Source: Octopus bimaculoides | Taxonomy: Eukaryota | Length of the DNA: 36,940 nt | Assembly (NCBI RefSeq): GCF_001194135.2 | Contig: NC_068981.1 | Span: 197,244,984-197,281,923, forward strand | Reading direction: 5' to 3' | Shown: piece after piece, positions 1 to 13,248 of the stretch | Numbering within the stretch: the first letter of the stretch is position 1 | Layout: every line of letters begins with the position of its first letter | Translations under genes and position numbers: made by a program | The notes under the pieces: generated by a model | Seen by the model: only the letters and a program-made list of their open reading frames with translations | Databases searched by the model: none | What the model was told of the DNA's origin: nothing

Positions 1-35
<35 letters not shown>

Positions 36-3000
36 TATATATACTCTCTGCATCTCACAACCCATCAATGCCTATTTTTGTCTATCTATCATCTATTAAA
101 TATCACATACTTTTTGTTTATATCTTTTTCTGTCTCTCTCTCTCTCACACACTATCTATCTATCTATCGTCAATATTTATTAGTCCATGTCTGTATATAT
201 TCGCCTGTTACACACTTTGTGTGTGTGTATATATATATATATATATCCACATATATACACACACATGCATACACTATGTAAATACGAGGCAATAGTACTA
301 ATCATCGACCTGTTTATATATATATATATATGTATATATTTATTCTTTGCTCTCTCTGTGCACACGTGTGTGTGTATGTGTGTTTGCATTTCTGTGCCTG
401 TTACGAACTTGTGTGTATGTGGTACATCTACCTATCTATCTGTTTGTCTATCTATCTATCTATCTATTAGTCTCTCTCACTATCTATCTGTCTATCCATC
501 TATAAACACGTGTGTGTATTATATATATCTATATATATATATACGTATACATAAGTGCATATTGTTTTTTCTTTAATCCCGTTACACATTTATATATATA
601 TGTGTGTGTGTATATATATGCGCGCGCACGCACATTAATGCATGCACAATTGCTTGTGTATGAACGAGGAAACCCCTACGTGGTCGCTGAGTCTGCTAGA
701 CACAACAACCGAATCACTTTTTGTTCAAAGAAAAAGACCCAATGGAGACTGTCGTGGTAGAGCTATTTCTGAAAGGAGAGATGGTCCTGGCCGGATTCCT
801 GCTTCCCACTGCTCTCAGTATGTGTCGTTCCATCAGAGCTGACCACAACTATCTCGAAACTTGTCGTCTGGTCCTAAATTTACCACACACTTTTATGTCC
901 ATCTCTTTCTTTCCTACTTCACACAATTATTCTTCCATCTTAAACCTTCTCTCTTTCTATCTCTCTGTTTTTCTCTCCTCCTTTATCTCTGCCTTTCTCT
1001 TTCTGCCTTTCTCTTTCTCCCTCTCTCACAGTCTGTCTGTTTCACTCTGTCTCTCCATTCTCTTTCACACTGTCCCTTTCTTTCTCTGTCTATCTTCCAC
1101 TTTGTCCCTCTCTCTCTCTCTCATTCTTTCTCTCCGTTTCTCTCTCTATCTCTCACACTCTTTCTGTCTTTCACTTCCCATCACCAACTAACCAACCGAC
1201 CAACCTTTCATTATGGTCGTCACTTGTTAAAACTTCTGTGAAGCCAACAAGGAAGACTTTTTCTACATGGTCACTGAGTTCGCTAGAAATAGCAACTACA
1301 TATCTCTCTCTTATCATAGTCGGCCTTAAATAAAAGGACATATTAGCTAATGTAGTCCTAGGTATATAGAAAGACGGGATGGTCACAGCTGGAGTGTCTG
1401 TGATGATAAACTTGATGGATCATGACCAACCTGGGGTTAAACAACAAGTTGTATTAATGTATGCGACACGGTTTCGATTACCCTTCCATAAGTTGTTTCA
1501 CCACAGATCAGTCCTCATAGACCATTCCACATGTGACCATCCTGTTCTTTTCTTTTTAATCCAAAGTGTCTTTTGAGAGTAATTTAACTACTATGTCTAG
1601 CAAATAGAACTACTGGCTACGTTCGTTGGTTTCACTTTACATGATGTTCTATGATATCTTTCAGCCATCATGGCCACGTCCATGCTGGAGCACCGTCTTC
1701 TGAACGGTGTAAGCTGTGGTAGACAGACTATAAATATCCATGAAATCTTGCTCTTTCTGGACACGAAGTGTTTAACCCCAGGACAGCTCTGACCGAGTAG
1801 ACAGGCCCGTGATAAGAGGCTCTTCAGTCATGGCGACCTTTTCGGGTAGATTTGACTGCTGTTTCTAGCAGGATGCCGACCACGTAGGAGGAGAGTTGAG
1901 TTTTACGTCCTGGGCGGCGGTGGTAGTGAAGTACTGTTTGCCTCTTTTGACTCGCTAAATAATTAATAATTAACCACAATGTGGTTAATTATGGCTTGTG
2001 TTGCTTGTGGAACAATTTACCGCGCGCATATATATATATATATATATATAAACACACACATTCATAAGTAATAAGTTCACTTTACGGTTTGGTGCTCTAC
2101 AGACGTTCTTTCTCAACTTTTTGAAGAATGCAAATCTTAGAATGAAATTTTGCAGATATGCATTTTTGAGGGTGTAGGTCATGGTTATATTGACATCTGT
2201 ACTTATGCCTATATTAGTAATATTGCAAAAAAGGTAAAAAAATAAAAACAATAATTCTTGGGTGGATTTTGGATCTTTATCTCCGGGTCTTGTTTCTTAA
2301 CAATCCTCTTTAAAATGCATATTTTTAAATGACTTTGCAGCCAAAAAAGAAAACAAAATCATTTTCGAGGTTGTGAATTACGTAATATACTTCAACCAGA
2401 AATCTGGGAGAGAAAAAAGAAAAGGTGAAAAATCGTAATATTTTGGAAATTAATGGGAGCAAAGTCTAAAAGAGGAACGATTGATCCAAGACTCTTCCAA
2501 ATTTTTTGTCTAATCTTCTTACTTCCATAATCATAATGTACATCCTCGAAAATGTATCTCTTTAGAATTTGGTGAACGAATATATACTTGTGAGGAAGTT
2601 ACTGAGGAAACAAATTTGGGTAGCACTAAACTGTGCCGTTGTGCCTATATATACATACATACATACATATATATAACCACACGCATAACTTTGCTATCTT
2701 ATGTAAGAATGTAATTATCACTTTTAATAATGCATTTTTTTTCTTATTTTCCCCGTAAAATGTTGTTTTTAAGTGTGAACTGCTCCATTAATTTACAATA
2801 AATAATTCCTGAACAAAGCAAAGCTCTATGATTGTAATTAGAAAGTTTTTATGTTGTCCATTGAAGGAGGTTCAACAACCTTCCCTCACCACACCTCTAT
2901 GTGCTCGCCTTCTGGCTAGAAATAACAGCCAAATCTCACTTTGTCACCTTAAAAGACGGAATGGTCATGGCTGGTGCGCCTTTCTTCCTATATCTGTCTA

Positions 3001-3319
3001 CTAAGTGAGTGTTGTTGTCACAGGGCCAGGCAAAAACCATTAAAAGTTCCACCGTTAGTTCTAGCTTCATTAGGTCACTTCCTGGTCGTACGAAATGCTA
3101 GACATAGCACCTAAATCTTCCTACTATTTAAAAAAAAAATAAAAGCTAGGAAACATTTGTTTTAATGCAGTGCTTGTACACAACCTTAAAAAGAGATGGG
3201 ATGGTCACGGCTGGAATATCTTTTAACCATAAACCTGTTCGATCGAAACTAAGCACCACCACAGACAACAAAACATTAATATTTATTATCGCCTCCATAA
3301 CTCATCATTATCATCATCG

Positions 3320-3414
3320 TTACCACCACCAATACTACTACTGCCACTACTACTACTACTACTAACGCTACCACTATTACCACCACTACTACTACTACTA
3401 CTACCACTATTACC

Positions 3415-3479
<65 letters not shown>

Positions 3480-3512
3480 CACTATTACCACCACCACCAC
3501 CACCACTACTAC
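3320..3512. repeat. Compound (CTA/CCA)n trinucleotide microsatellite
   Basis: Read directly from the sequence. It generates the spurious poly-Val ORF at 3276-3506. Confidence 0.95.
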
Positions 3513-4222
3513 CTTAGCATTTTTTATAAAGTTCTCTTCCCGTGTGTATGTATGTGTGCGTATATTTGTGTTATGTGTGTATATGTTTGCGCATTATATA
3601 CATATAAATGTATATATATATATATATACATGTGTGTGTGTGTGTGTGTACATACATTTGTGTATGCATATGGTGTATATGTGTGTGTGTGCTTATATAT
3701 GTGTGTGTGTGTGTGTACCCACGTGTTACGTAAGTAAGAGGTTATTGTCCTCAGTTCCAAAGTTGAGAAGGCGGTGTCTGCCGCCCCAATCCCAAGTACT
3801 CAATCCGTTTAGACAATGCTGATGAGATGTGTGTCTCAAAGTTTACTGACAACAGCTCGGTGGTGGGGGAGGAAATGGCTTTTTTTTCTTTTTTAAGACT
3901 AAAAATTGTTCCTACAACATTTAAGTGATTCTGTGTCAATTCGTCATTTGAACACCAACACCTCTCTTGGCAAGTCTTTAGTTGTACTCTTTATACACAC
4001 ACACACATACACACAGGCATCTCTGTACATAAATGCCTAATTTTGAACATAATATTGATGTGTGTGTATTATATAAAAGGTTGATAGTGACTTCGAAGTC
4101 TGGCCTCAGTTCTATTAAGCAAATTTCCGGTTAACGTTTGTTTTATATATAACATTACATACAAACAAACATTAACGCGTGTGTGTATATATATGTGTGA
4201 GTCGTGTAAGAGACCATAAGTC

Positions 4223-4260
<38 letters not shown>

Positions 4261-4263
<3 letters not shown>

Positions 4264-4384
4264 TCACAACCTGTGGTCCGCAAAGGTAGTACTGGGGGGG
4301 TCTGTGAACTAAATTCAAAATTTCATTTATATATATAAAGCATAAGAAAGGGGTCCTTGGTAGTAAAAAGGTGGGGAACCACTG
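4261..4384. mobile_element. hAT/Charlie-like MITE
   Basis: Ends in GGGGAACCACTG (reverse complement CAGTGGTTCCCC). It shares AGTACTGGGGG.TC.GTGAACTAAATTCAAAATTTC with a partial copy at 27223-27307 that starts CAGTGGTTCCCAAC. Confidence 0.65.
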
Positions 4385-5007
4385 GTATATATATATGTAT
4401 GTATATGTACATATGTTTATAAATCTCTGTACATATATGTGTGTTCGTACATTTGATTGAACCAAAAGGCGGTTAAAGATATTAGACGTCATACGATCTG
4501 ATCCCTGGTTTTGCGACCCCTAAACCACNNNNNNNNNNNNNNNNNNNNNNNNNNNNNNNNNNNNNNNNNNNNNNNNNNNNNNNNNNNNNNNNNNNNNNNN
4601 NNNNNNNNNNNNNNNNNNNNNNNNNNNNNNNNNNNNNNNNNNNNNNNNNNNNNNNNNNNNNNNNNNNNNNNNNNNNNNNNNNNNNNNNNNNNNNNNNNNN
4701 NNNNNNNNNNNNNNNNNNNNNNNNNNNNNNNNNNNNNNNNNNNNNNNNNNNNNNNNNNNNNNNNNNNNNNNNNTATATAAATGATAATAATTCTTTCTAA
4801 TTGTGGCAGAAAAGCCTAGCAGTTTTGAGGGGAGGGGCACGTCAATTACGATGACTTCAGTACTTGACTGGTACTTTATTTATGAACCCCGAAGGGATAA
4901 ATAGCCGAGTTGACCTCAGCGGAATTTGAACACAGAACGCAAAGAACTGGAAGGAATGCTGTTAGGCATTTTGTCCGACTCACTAACGCTTCTGTCAGCT
5001 AGCCGCC

Positions 5008-5057
<50 letters not shown>

Positions 5058-5657
5058 TTCTCCTCCCACTTTCCAAAACTTCTCCTTTTCCTGTTTTTAT
5101 CGGTGACAAAGTGACCTGTTAGAAATAGCAGCTAAATCTTCCTCAAATCTTCAATGAAGGACACGTTGAATGTTCTACTCCTTGATATATAAAAACCATG
5201 TGATGGTGGTTACGATTGGAACGCATTTGATCATTTCTGTCTCTTGGATCCGAACTAATCTGAGACTAAATAACAACAACAATCATATTGATGGCTGCAA
5301 GAGTAGTTGAGCGTCGGACTGGGTAGTTTTATTTCCCCCCTTTTTAACCCTCCTCTGCTCAAATATTTAGTCGTATTTGACTTTGACCTATGACCAAAAG
5401 TATTCTAAAATACAATATTATATGGTGTAGTCGTTTTTATACAATCGTTTATTTTGTTAAGGTGCTGGGGTGTGATTTAACGGAAGTTTGATTGCTATTT
5501 CTAACAAGTGGAGTGGCAAGGCCCTGTTGATTGGTATGTCATCGTCGTTCCATGTTGGTATGGGTTGGGCGTTTCAACGGGAGCTGACAAGCTGGACGAC
5601 TACACCAGGTCGATGTCCTTTTTAATGCCACCCACTTTACAGAGTGTACTGGGTTCA

Positions 5658-5841
5658 AGGCGGCGAGCTGGCAGAAACGTTAGCACGCCGGGCGAAATGC
5701 TTAGCAGTCTTTCGTCTGCCGTTACGTTCCGAGTTCAAATTCCGCCGAGGTCGACTTTGCTTTCATCCTTTCGGGGTCGATAGATTAAGTACCAGTTACG
5801 CACTGGTGTCGATATAATCGACCTAATCCGTTTGTCTGTCC
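5658..5841 (+). mobile_element. tRNA-derived SINE (family A), gap-truncated
   Basis: GGCGAGCTGGCAGAAACGTTAGCACGCC...GAGTTCAAATTCCGCC (B-box-like). Degenerate copies lie near 4838-5008(-), 7120-7233, 8082-8150(-), 11840-12045, 15780-15990, 25010-25240 and 29445-29635. Confidence 0.75.
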
Positions 5842-6948
5842 NNNNNNNNNNNNNNNNNNNNNNNNNNNNNNNNNNNNNNNNNNNNNNNNNNNNNNNNNNN
5901 NNNNNNNNNNNNNNNNNNNNNNNNNNNNNNNNNNNNNNNNNNNNNNNNNNNNNNNNNNNNNNNNNNNNNNNNNNNNNNNNNNNNNNNNNNNNNNNNNNNN
6001 NNNNNNNNNNNNNNNNNNNNNNNNNNNNNNNNNNNNNNNNNNNNNNNNNNNNNNNNNNNNNNNNNNNNNNNNNNNNNNNNNNNNNNNNNNNNNNNNNNNN
6101 NNNNNNNNNNNNNNNNNNNNNNNNNNNNNNNNNNNNNNNNNNNNNNNNNNNNNNNNNNNNNNNNNNNNNNNNNNNNNNNNNNNNNNNNNNNNNNNNNNNN
6201 NNNNNNNNNNNNNNNNNNNNGCCTAGAGTAGAAAAAAGAAGAAAAAAAGTGTACTGGGTGCTTTTTACATGAGTCTAGCACAAATGCTTTTTATGTGGCA
6301 CCAGCACATGCAGCATGCGAACCAGATGGCTACACCAGACTCCAATCTGATTTGGCAGAGTTTCTACAGCTGGATGCCCTTCCTAACATCAACCACTCCG
6401 TGAGTGTAGTGGGTGCTTTTTATGTGCCACCGACACGAGGGCTAGTTCGGAGGTACTGGCAACGGCCACGCTCAAATGGTGTTTTTTTATGTGCCACCTG
6501 TACAGGAGTCAGTCTTATGTTTTGTTCACATGCCACTGGCACGAGTGCCAATAAGACAAAGCTGGAAACAATCGCGCTCAAATGGTGCTTTTTATGTGCC
6601 ACCGACACGGGAGCAAGACTGCTACTCTGGCAGTGATCCTGCTCAGATGGTGCTGTTAGCGCTCCACTGGCACAGGTACCAGTCATCGAATTTGGTTCAG
6701 TTTCGATCTCACTTGTCCCAACAGGTCTTCACAAGCTGAGACATGTATATAATGTATGTGTTGAGGCAGATTTTCCATGTCTGGATGCCTTTCCTGTCAC
6801 CAACCCTCATCTATTTCCAAGTAATGTAATGTCTCCTCATACCTGGACAGACAACTCTTACACAGCAGACTGGACACAAACACCACCAATTTGTATGACG
6901 TGATGTTCATTTACAACCACCGCATGGTGTCACGACAAGCGTATACAC

Positions 6949-6979
<31 letters not shown>

Positions 6980-8594
6980 TGACTAGGGTCAATTGTCCAA
7001 GATACCATGCAGTGGAACGGAACCGAAGATGACATAGTTTGGAAATAAGCTTCTCAACCACATAACCACTCCTGCACCTGTCATCATTATTTTTATTATT
7101 AATCTTATTATTCCAGCAATTAAGGCAGTAAGATGGCAGAATGCCTAGAGCTATTTCTTCCAACCCATTATGTTCAGAGTTCAAATTCCACTAAGGTCAA
7201 CTTTGTCTTTTATCCTTTGGCGGGTTGATAAAANNNNNNNNNNNNNNNNNNNNNNNNNNNNNNNNNNNNNNNNNNNNNNNNNNNNNNNNNNNNNNNNNNN
7301 NNNNNNNNNNNNNNNNNNNNNNNNNNNNNNNNNNNNNNNNNNNNNNNNNNNNNNNNNNNNNNNNNNNNNNNNNNNNNNNNNNNNNNNNNNNNNNNNNNNN
7401 NNNNNNNNNNNNNNNNNNNNNNNNNNNNNNNNNNNNNNNNNNNNNNNNNNNNNNNNNNNNNNNNNNNNNNNNNNNNNNNNNNNNNNNNNNNNNNNNNNNN
7501 NNNNNNNNNNNNNNNNNNNNNNNNNNNNNNNNNNNNNNNNNNNNNNNNNNNNNNNNNNNNNNNNNNNNNNNNNNNNNNNNNNNNNNNNNNNNNNNNNNNN
7601 NNNNNNNNNNNNNNNNNNNNNNNNNNNNNNNNNNNNNNNNNNNNNNNNNNNNNNNNNNNNNNNNNNNNNNNNNNNNNNNNNNNNNNNNNNNNNNNNNNNN
7701 NNNNNNNNNNNNNNNNNNNNNNNNNNNNNNNNNNNNNNNNNNNNNNNNNNNNNNNNNNNNNNNNNNNNNNNNNNNNNNNNNNNNNNNNNNNNNNNNNNNN
7801 NNNNNNNNNNNNNNNNNNNNNNNNNNNNNNNNNNNNNNNNNNNNNNNNNNNNNNNNNNNNNNNNNNNNNNNNNNNNNNNNNNNNNNNNNNNNNNNNNNNN
7901 NNNNNNNNNNNNNNNNNNNNNNNNNNNNNNNNNNNNNNNNNNNNNNNNNNNNNNNNNNNNNNNNNNNNNNNNNNNNNNNNNNNNNNNNNNNNNNNNNNNN
8001 NNNNNNNNNNNNNNNNNNNNNNNNNNNNNNNNNNNNNNNNNNNNNNNNNNNNNNNNNNNNNNNNNNNNNNNNNNNNNNNNNTTTATCGACCCCAAAAGGA
8101 TGAAAGGCAAAGTTAACCTCAGCAGCATTTGAACTCAGAACATAAAAGCCAGAAGCTTCCATAAATAATAATAATAATAATAATAAAGCTCTCAATATTC
8201 AGTGCCACACATAAAATGCACCTGTGCCAGTGCCATTTAAAAAGCACCTGTACCAGTGCCACATAAAAGGCGTCTATTCTGGTGCCATGCAAAAAGCACC
8301 CAGTACACTCTGTTAAGTAGTTGGTGTTAGGAAAGGCAGGCATCCAGTCATAGAAACCATGCCAAAACAGACTGCAGTGTGGTGCAGGCCTCCAACTCAC
8401 CAGACCTTCTCAAACTGTCCAACCCATGCCAGCATGGAAAATGGACATTAAATGATAATGATGATCAACTAAATGTGGTTAAATTTGTGCAGAAACCAGA
8501 ATATTTCATCTATTTTGTTTTTTTGTCTAAAATTTTCTATGAAAAAAACAAAATCAAGAAATGATTAATTTTTTTTATATTTGTCAGGTTTTCA

Positions 8595-8663
8595 ATGAGG
8601 CGTTCTATAGCTCCCAGCCAAACAGGAGCAGCGAAGAGGACAAGGTTTTTGACACCTTTTAAG
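8595..8663 (+). CDS. RAD54B: RAD54B coding exon 1: MRRSIAPSQTGAAKRTRFLTPFK
   Basis: Acceptor ttgtcAG at 8586-87 with an upstream pyrimidine tract, ATG at 8595, donor AAG|GTGAGG (phase 0). MRRSxAPSQ is the conserved RAD54B/RAD54 N-terminus. Confidence 0.9.
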
Positions 8664-10300
8664 GTGAGGTTGTTCAAGTGTTGGAATTTTAGTCCATTTT
8701 GCAAAAGGAAATCATTCATTCTTAACTGTAGATCTTGAAGTAAATTGTTGTTGTTGGCATCCTTGTGTCTCAGGAGACAATGGAGTTGTGAATTAAATAA
8801 TCCAGTCTGGTTTTTACATTCCATGTCCTTTACATCTCCTGCTGTGGTTGCGTAGTCCTATCCTTCACAAACACTCCCTCTGGCAGGGGACGCAGATGTA
8901 GCTGCCACTTTTTACAGCAGCACTGAAGTGTCCTCTCCAGTTTTGTGCAGGCCTGGGCTAGGTGTAAGAAAATCCTGGGTAGCCCAATCGTCAGGATTCC
9001 CCTCTTGACCTTGCTGACGTAGTCCAAAGGAGTGCAGAGCATTACGTTTGATACCAGTTTGGTTGCAGGAGCTGCCGGAAGAGTGTCGAGCAGAATACTA
9101 AACCGCCTACGGGGCTCCACTCCGGATTTTTGAAGGTTGTCCCCTTTCCGTAACCTTGGGTAGGGGCCCATACCAGGTACTGTCAGCTGGAGCCAGGGTC
9201 ATCACTCCCTGAAGTAGTGAAGAAAATTGCTAATAGCATGGATCAAAAGAAGTTAAAAGCTTCTCAAGCTAACCAAAGCCAATATTTACTGTTATTTATA
9301 GCTTTATCTACTTCCAGTTCCCCAGTTAAAAATGAGTTGTTTCAGGTTCTCTTGAAGTTTTTCAACCACAGCTCTCAAGCATTCTGCCAACGGTCCTTAA
9401 CAGTCTTCCCCTCCATAAATATATTGATTTGTGTTTTTAGTTTTTTTTTGGTGCAGTCCCCACCAAAAACCCCAGGCTTTGGATCTGGCCTGGATATTAA
9501 AAAACGTTGAGAACCACTGGTCTAAATTCTTGTGATGTAAATTCCCTCCCCTGCATTTTAAGTTTTTAGTGACCAAATAGTTTGCAGAGAACAGATAGTT
9601 CAAAATACTGTGTGGAAATATTCTGCAAGGGGTTACTTGTTAATCTGGATGGATTATCCTTTACAGTGTATAAAGACAAAACATTGAAGAAGTTTATGCT
9701 TTTGTGTTTAGTTCTTGGAGCATTTCAGTAAATGGGTGAACATAGAAGACAACAGCTGTTTGAGTCTTGAATAATCTCAACTCTCATATTGTCCGTTGTA
9801 CCTTTATAACATAATCTTGACCTCTCTATCACGTATGTACCTTTACCATTTTATATTGAGCTCTCTGTAATCAACCACTTGTATGGAGGTTTGAGATTCT
9901 CTAACCCATAGTTTGGCCACACGTTTGGCACTAGCTTGGTTGCAGGAGCTGCCAGAAGAGTGTCGAGCCGAATACTTCTTTAATGAGGACCAAATTACCC
10001 TTTCCTCAATCTAAGTTCATCTGAACAATGGCAAGATCTTCACTTCTCACTCTCATTGGTACCAGACACCAGACCTTCCTTGGGCCATGTATATAAACAG
10101 TAAACAAATATTATTTAACGAGACCCTTATAGTTGTCTCATCAAAGCGGTATATTACTACACACCAAGAATTATATCCCTTCCATCTGGTTGTTACCAAA
10201 TACTTCCCTTTAATGTAATTCTCATTCAACTTATAATGACTTTCGGTTTAATCCTTCAACTTCCAGATTCTTCTGTCAAATGTAAAACTTATTTTTTAAA

Positions 10301-10688
10301 TTCTTTTACTTGTTTCAGTCATTTGACTGTGGCCATGCTGGAGCACCGCCTTTAGTCAAGCAAATCAACCTCAGGACTTAATTCTTTGTAAGCCAAGTAC
10401 TTATTCTATCAGTCCTTTTTGCTGAACCGCTAAGTTATGGGGACGTTTTACACCAGCATCGGTTGTCAAGCAATGTTGGGGGAACAAACACAGACACACT
10501 AACATACACATACATATATACATATATACATATATACGATGAGCTTCTTTCAGTTTCCGTCTACCAAATCCACTCACAAGAGTTTGGTCAGCCCGAGGCT
10601 ATAGTAGAAGACACTTGCCCAAGGTGCCACGCAGTGGGACTGGACCTGGGACCATGTGGTTGGTAAGCAAGCTGCCACACCTACGCCT
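10301..10688 (-). mobile_element. tRNA-derived SINE (family B), full length
   Basis: A tRNA-like head at the right end, an internal (TA/CA)n linker and a tail ...ATGACTGAAACAAGTAAAAGAA. It is the inverted homolog of 11337-11755. Confidence 0.8.
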
Positions 10689-10959
10689 ATATTTATTAAC
10701 ATTTTTATTATTAATCATGCATTATCTCATAGCTTTGAGTTGTTGATGGTGTGATTGTTTATTTTTAGAATGACATTGTAAAGTAGGTGTGAGAGACTGG
10801 ATCTGGCCAGTTCAAACATGAAGCAAGTAGAATCTTTGGGCCTGATATGGCCAGTTTAAATGCTAAAGACTTAAAACTTCAACTCAACTACTTCTCCTTG
10901 ACTGTGCGAAAGCCTTAAAACTGCTGCTACTGTTGTCATGCCACCATTTTCTAGTGAAG

Positions 10960-11317
10960 TTAGGGCAGCAGACTCGCAGTTGTTGGATCGTGGTTTCGAT
11001 TCCCAGACTGGGCGTTGTGAGTGTTTATTGAGCGAAAACCCCTAAAGCTCCATGAGACTCCGGCAGGGGCTGGTGGCGGACCCTGCTGTACTCTTTCACC
11101 ACAACTTCCTCTCACTCTTTTTCCTGTTTCTGTTGTACCTGTAATTCAAAGGGGCCAGACTTGTCACACTCTGTGTCATGCTGAATCTCCCCGAGAACTA
11201 TGCAAAGGGTACACGTGTCTGTGGAGTGCTCAGCCACTTAGACGTCAATTTCCTGAGCAGGCTGTTCTGTTGATCGGATCAACTGGAACCCTCGTTGTCA
11301 TAACGGACGGAGTGCCA
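10960..11317 (+). mobile_element. tRNA-head SINE (family C)
   Basis: B-box GGTTTCGATTCCC at ~10992, followed by a non-degenerate body that I recall as an octopus interspersed repeat. Family name not assigned. Confidence 0.55.
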
Positions 11318-11336
11318 TAGTATATTTGTAGACACA

Positions 11337-11495
11337 GGCATGGCTCTGTGGTAAGAAGTTTGTTTATCAGCCACAGGTTCAGGTCCCAGGTTCAGTCCTA
11401 CTGCATGGCACTTTGGGCAGGTGTCTTCTCCTACAGCCTTGGGCTGACCAAGGCCTTGTGAGTGAATTTGGTAGATGGAAACTAAAAGACGCCTG

Positions 11496-11541
<46 letters not shown>

Positions 11542-11755
11542 TGTATCTGTGTTTGTGCCCCCCCTCCCCTCCCACACTACTTGACAACCGGTGTTGGTGT
11601 GTTTACATCCCTGTAACTTAGCAGTTCGACAAAAAGGATTTGATAGAATAAGTATCAGGTTTTACAAAGAAGTCCTGGGGTTGACTAAAACTCTTCAAGG
11701 TGGTGCCCCAGCATGGCCACAGTCTAATGACTGAAACAAGTAAAAAAAATAAAAG
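11337..11755 (+). mobile_element. tRNA-derived SINE (family B), full length
   Basis: GGCATGGCTCTGTGGTAAGAAG...GGTTCAGTCC head, internal (TA)n, tail CAGCATGGCCACAGTCTAATGACTGAAACAAGTAAAA. Other copies lie at 31050-31365(-) and 21415-21600(+, tail). Confidence 0.8.
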
Positions 11756-12465
11756 ATATTGTCTCCAAGACTGTTATTGTAATGGCTGTTGTTGTTGTTG
11801 TTGATGGAGGAATCAGAATGGTAAATGCAAGAATTGCCAGAGCAGCAGACAACTCTTTCTGCTGCTGTCTCCTAACAGCATTGCTTCTGATCCTTCACGT
11901 TCTTAGTTCAAATCTCACCGAGGTCAGCTTTGCCTTGCAGTCCTTCAGGGTTGATATAAATACCAGTTGGTCACTGATGTTAATCTAATCAACTTCCCTC
12001 TTGTCCCTAAAATTGCTGACCTTGTGCCAAAATTAGAAAGAATTCTTCTTTTTGCTGTTGTTGTTGGCATGGTATATCACCAAGGGTCTTGGTCACCTGT
12101 CACCGCCTTCAAGAGGCCCAACGCTTGAATGGTCTACCTTCCATGCTGGCATGGGTTTGATGGTTTGATTGAAAACTGGTAAGCTGGAGGGGGGAGTGGG
12201 GTTAGGGTTAGGTTCCAATCTGATCTGGCAAGGTTTCTATGGCTAGATGCCCTTCCTAATGCCAACCACTCCAAAAATGGATTGGACAATTTGACAGAAG
12301 CTGCATGAGACTTCTGTGTCTGTTTTAGCAAGGCTTTTACAACTGGCTGACCTTCCCAACACCAACCAATCAACAGGGTCACCAAAATAAGTACCAGTTG
12401 AGTACTGGTACTCTCCTAAAATTTTAGGCCTTGTACCTAAAATAGAAAGGATTATTATTATTATT

Positions 12466-13024
12466 GAGTGCGAGAGCAGTGCATGCCATCAAAGTGACAC
12501 TGGGATAAAATATACGAAGCCCGGTATACCCATCATGACTACCCGTCTGATAAGGGTACACCAGGCACATGCATCACAACCATATGTGCGTGACATGGTG
12601 ATCTCATATCAATATTAAATGGCGCATGATTTAGCAGGTGGGGCCCAGTTAGAATTTTCTTCAGGTCGAGTAGCCCATCACGCTCAAAAGATCCCTGAAT
12701 AAAGTTTGTTTAAGGATGTTGAACAAAACACCCATGTTTCCAAAGGTGAATTATCCAAACCCCAAAGAATCCCTCTCAACACATAGCTATGATACTCCCC
12801 CACTACTTCTGCTCATGATCAGAGATGCACATATCGTCAGCCACCAAGGGACATGCTCAACTGGTTACAGTCAAACAACTGACAAGCAAATCTGTGGTAT
12901 TGAGCAGAATATTTGCTGTAACCCATCTTTTTATACAGAGACAAAACAATGTTCATGATAACACTTCCAATCAGTTAAGACCAGAAGCCATGGGAGCCAC
13001 TGCCCGATACTGCATCAAGGCATT
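12466..13024 (-). mobile_element. Interspersed repeat (~560 bp, SINE-like), flanked by (TTA)n
   Basis: Recognised from memory as a recurrent octopus repeat. It has no ORF and is flanked by short TTA microsatellites. Confidence 0.45.
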
Positions 13025-13248
13025 TATTATTTTTATTATTATTGAGCAGACATTATTAGCATTTCAACAGCTATTCCTCACATTTATACAAATCACTTTT
13101 CATCCTTCACAGTTTTTTTTATCCCAAATCCTCTCTAACCCTTATTACTAACTCCTTTTATACAATATTCTTTATACATGAATTAATAAATTATGTTAAT
13201 GGTTGTGGTTTCCATTTATTTAATTTTCTTTCTTTAATACGATTTCAG

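Noticed and set aside
68-1241. Hydrophobic or low-complexity ORFs (YIYI, VCVC, LSLS), also at 3276-3822 and 21795-22347
   Set aside because: They are translations of (TA)n, (TG)n, (CT)n and (CTA)n microsatellites.
2084-2634. Possible 13-bp TIR pair (ACGGTTTGGTGCT / AGCACTAAACTGT) bounding a 550-bp segment
   Set aside because: The match is only 11/13, there is no TSD, and it could be chance.
3819-3850. CTGATGA followed by GAGA/TCTC hairpin (possible hammerhead or C/D snoRNA)
   Set aside because: There is no GAAAC core after stem II, no convincing stem I, and no D box with a terminal stem.
5658-11400. tRNA genes suggested by A/B-box-like motifs
   Set aside because: These are SINE heads that continue into repeat bodies, and no complete cloverleaf was found.
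12202-12212. TTAGGG telomere-like hexamers
   Set aside because: There are fewer than two full copies, inside a decayed repeat.
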